Origin: Camelus dromedarius
Lineage: Eukaryota
Length of the DNA: 64,000 nt
Assembly (NCBI RefSeq): GCF_036321535.1
Contig: NC_087437.1
Span: 2,418,001-2,482,000, forward strand
Direction: 5' to 3'
In this document: one piece after another, positions 63,812 to 64,000 of the stretch
Numbering within the stretch: the stretch's first letter is position 1
Layout of the letters: the number at the start of each line of letters is the position of its first letter
Translations under genes and position numbers: made by a program
The notes under the pieces: generated by a model
Database searches by the model: none
What the model was told of the DNA's origin: nothing
Seen by the model: only the letters and a program-made list of their open reading frames with translations

Positions 63812-63979
63812 GTCGAATCTTCTTACTCTTCTGCTCAACATTCTTCAGTGGATCCATGCGGCTGCCATTGCTGGTTCCCAACTCGACAACCATTTCTTCT
63901 TTGTCGTCCTTGCCAGACAATTGCAACTTTTCTTTGATGTTTTCTGCCCCAGTACGCGAAGAAGGTAATCTCTTCCTAG
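63812..63979 (-). CDS. ANKRD26-like exon, 168 bp, phase 1-1 (ARKRLPSSRTGAENIKEKLQLSGKDDKEEMVVELGTSNGSRMDPLKNVEQKSKKIR)
   Basis: Acceptor tctttttgcag, donor gtgagt, open frame, phase fits next exon; no counterpart I recognise in human ANKRD26. Confidence 0.72.
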
Positions 63980-64000
63980 CTGCAAAAAGAGAAATGATTA

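Larger units (their letters stand above)
29085..63979 (-). other. ANKRD26: ANKRD26-like gene (ANKRD26/ANKRD62/CCDC144 family paralogue), central and 3' part; 5' ankyrin exons outside window
   Basis: Chain of GT-AG exons whose peptides are collinear with human ANKRD26 (LLKIQD, WERELR, LQSENTLLRQQL, KYKQLYL, NERLAEV) and have family-typical sizes (94, 29, 73, 142, 184, 138, 153, 46 bp). Divergence and exon losses point to a paralogue rather than the orthologue. Confidence 0.93.

Overview
Mammalian genomic DNA, almost certainly camelid (six Vic-1-type tRNA-derived SINEs and cetartiodactyl-type L1 3' ends). The right 35 kb (about 29085-63979, minus strand) holds the central and 3' exons of a divergent ANKRD26-like coiled-coil gene; its ankyrin-repeat 5' end lies beyond the window. 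I could chain 20 GT-AG exons into one open frame of about 930 codons. Relative to human ANKRD26 (recalled, not aligned), the copy has in-frame multi-exon losses, a half-deleted large exon rescuable by a cryptic acceptor, a 75-bp intra-exon duplication, novel small exons, a frameshifted skippable exon, and a stop in the penultimate exon positioned to escape NMD, followed by a decayed last exon. The left 29 kb has no recognisable coding exon and looks like a mosaic of joined blocks: AT-rich DNA, a left-truncated CpG island plus about 15 kb of intron-like DNA, then GC-richer repeat-rich DNA. Candidate junctions lie at about 1610, at a SINE lacking TSDs (about 16.7-16.8 kb) and at an LTR lacking TSDs (about 22 kb). 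I found no rRNA, true tRNA or CRISPR, and no evidence of a wholly new biological system. Repeat subfamily names are from recall and approximate.
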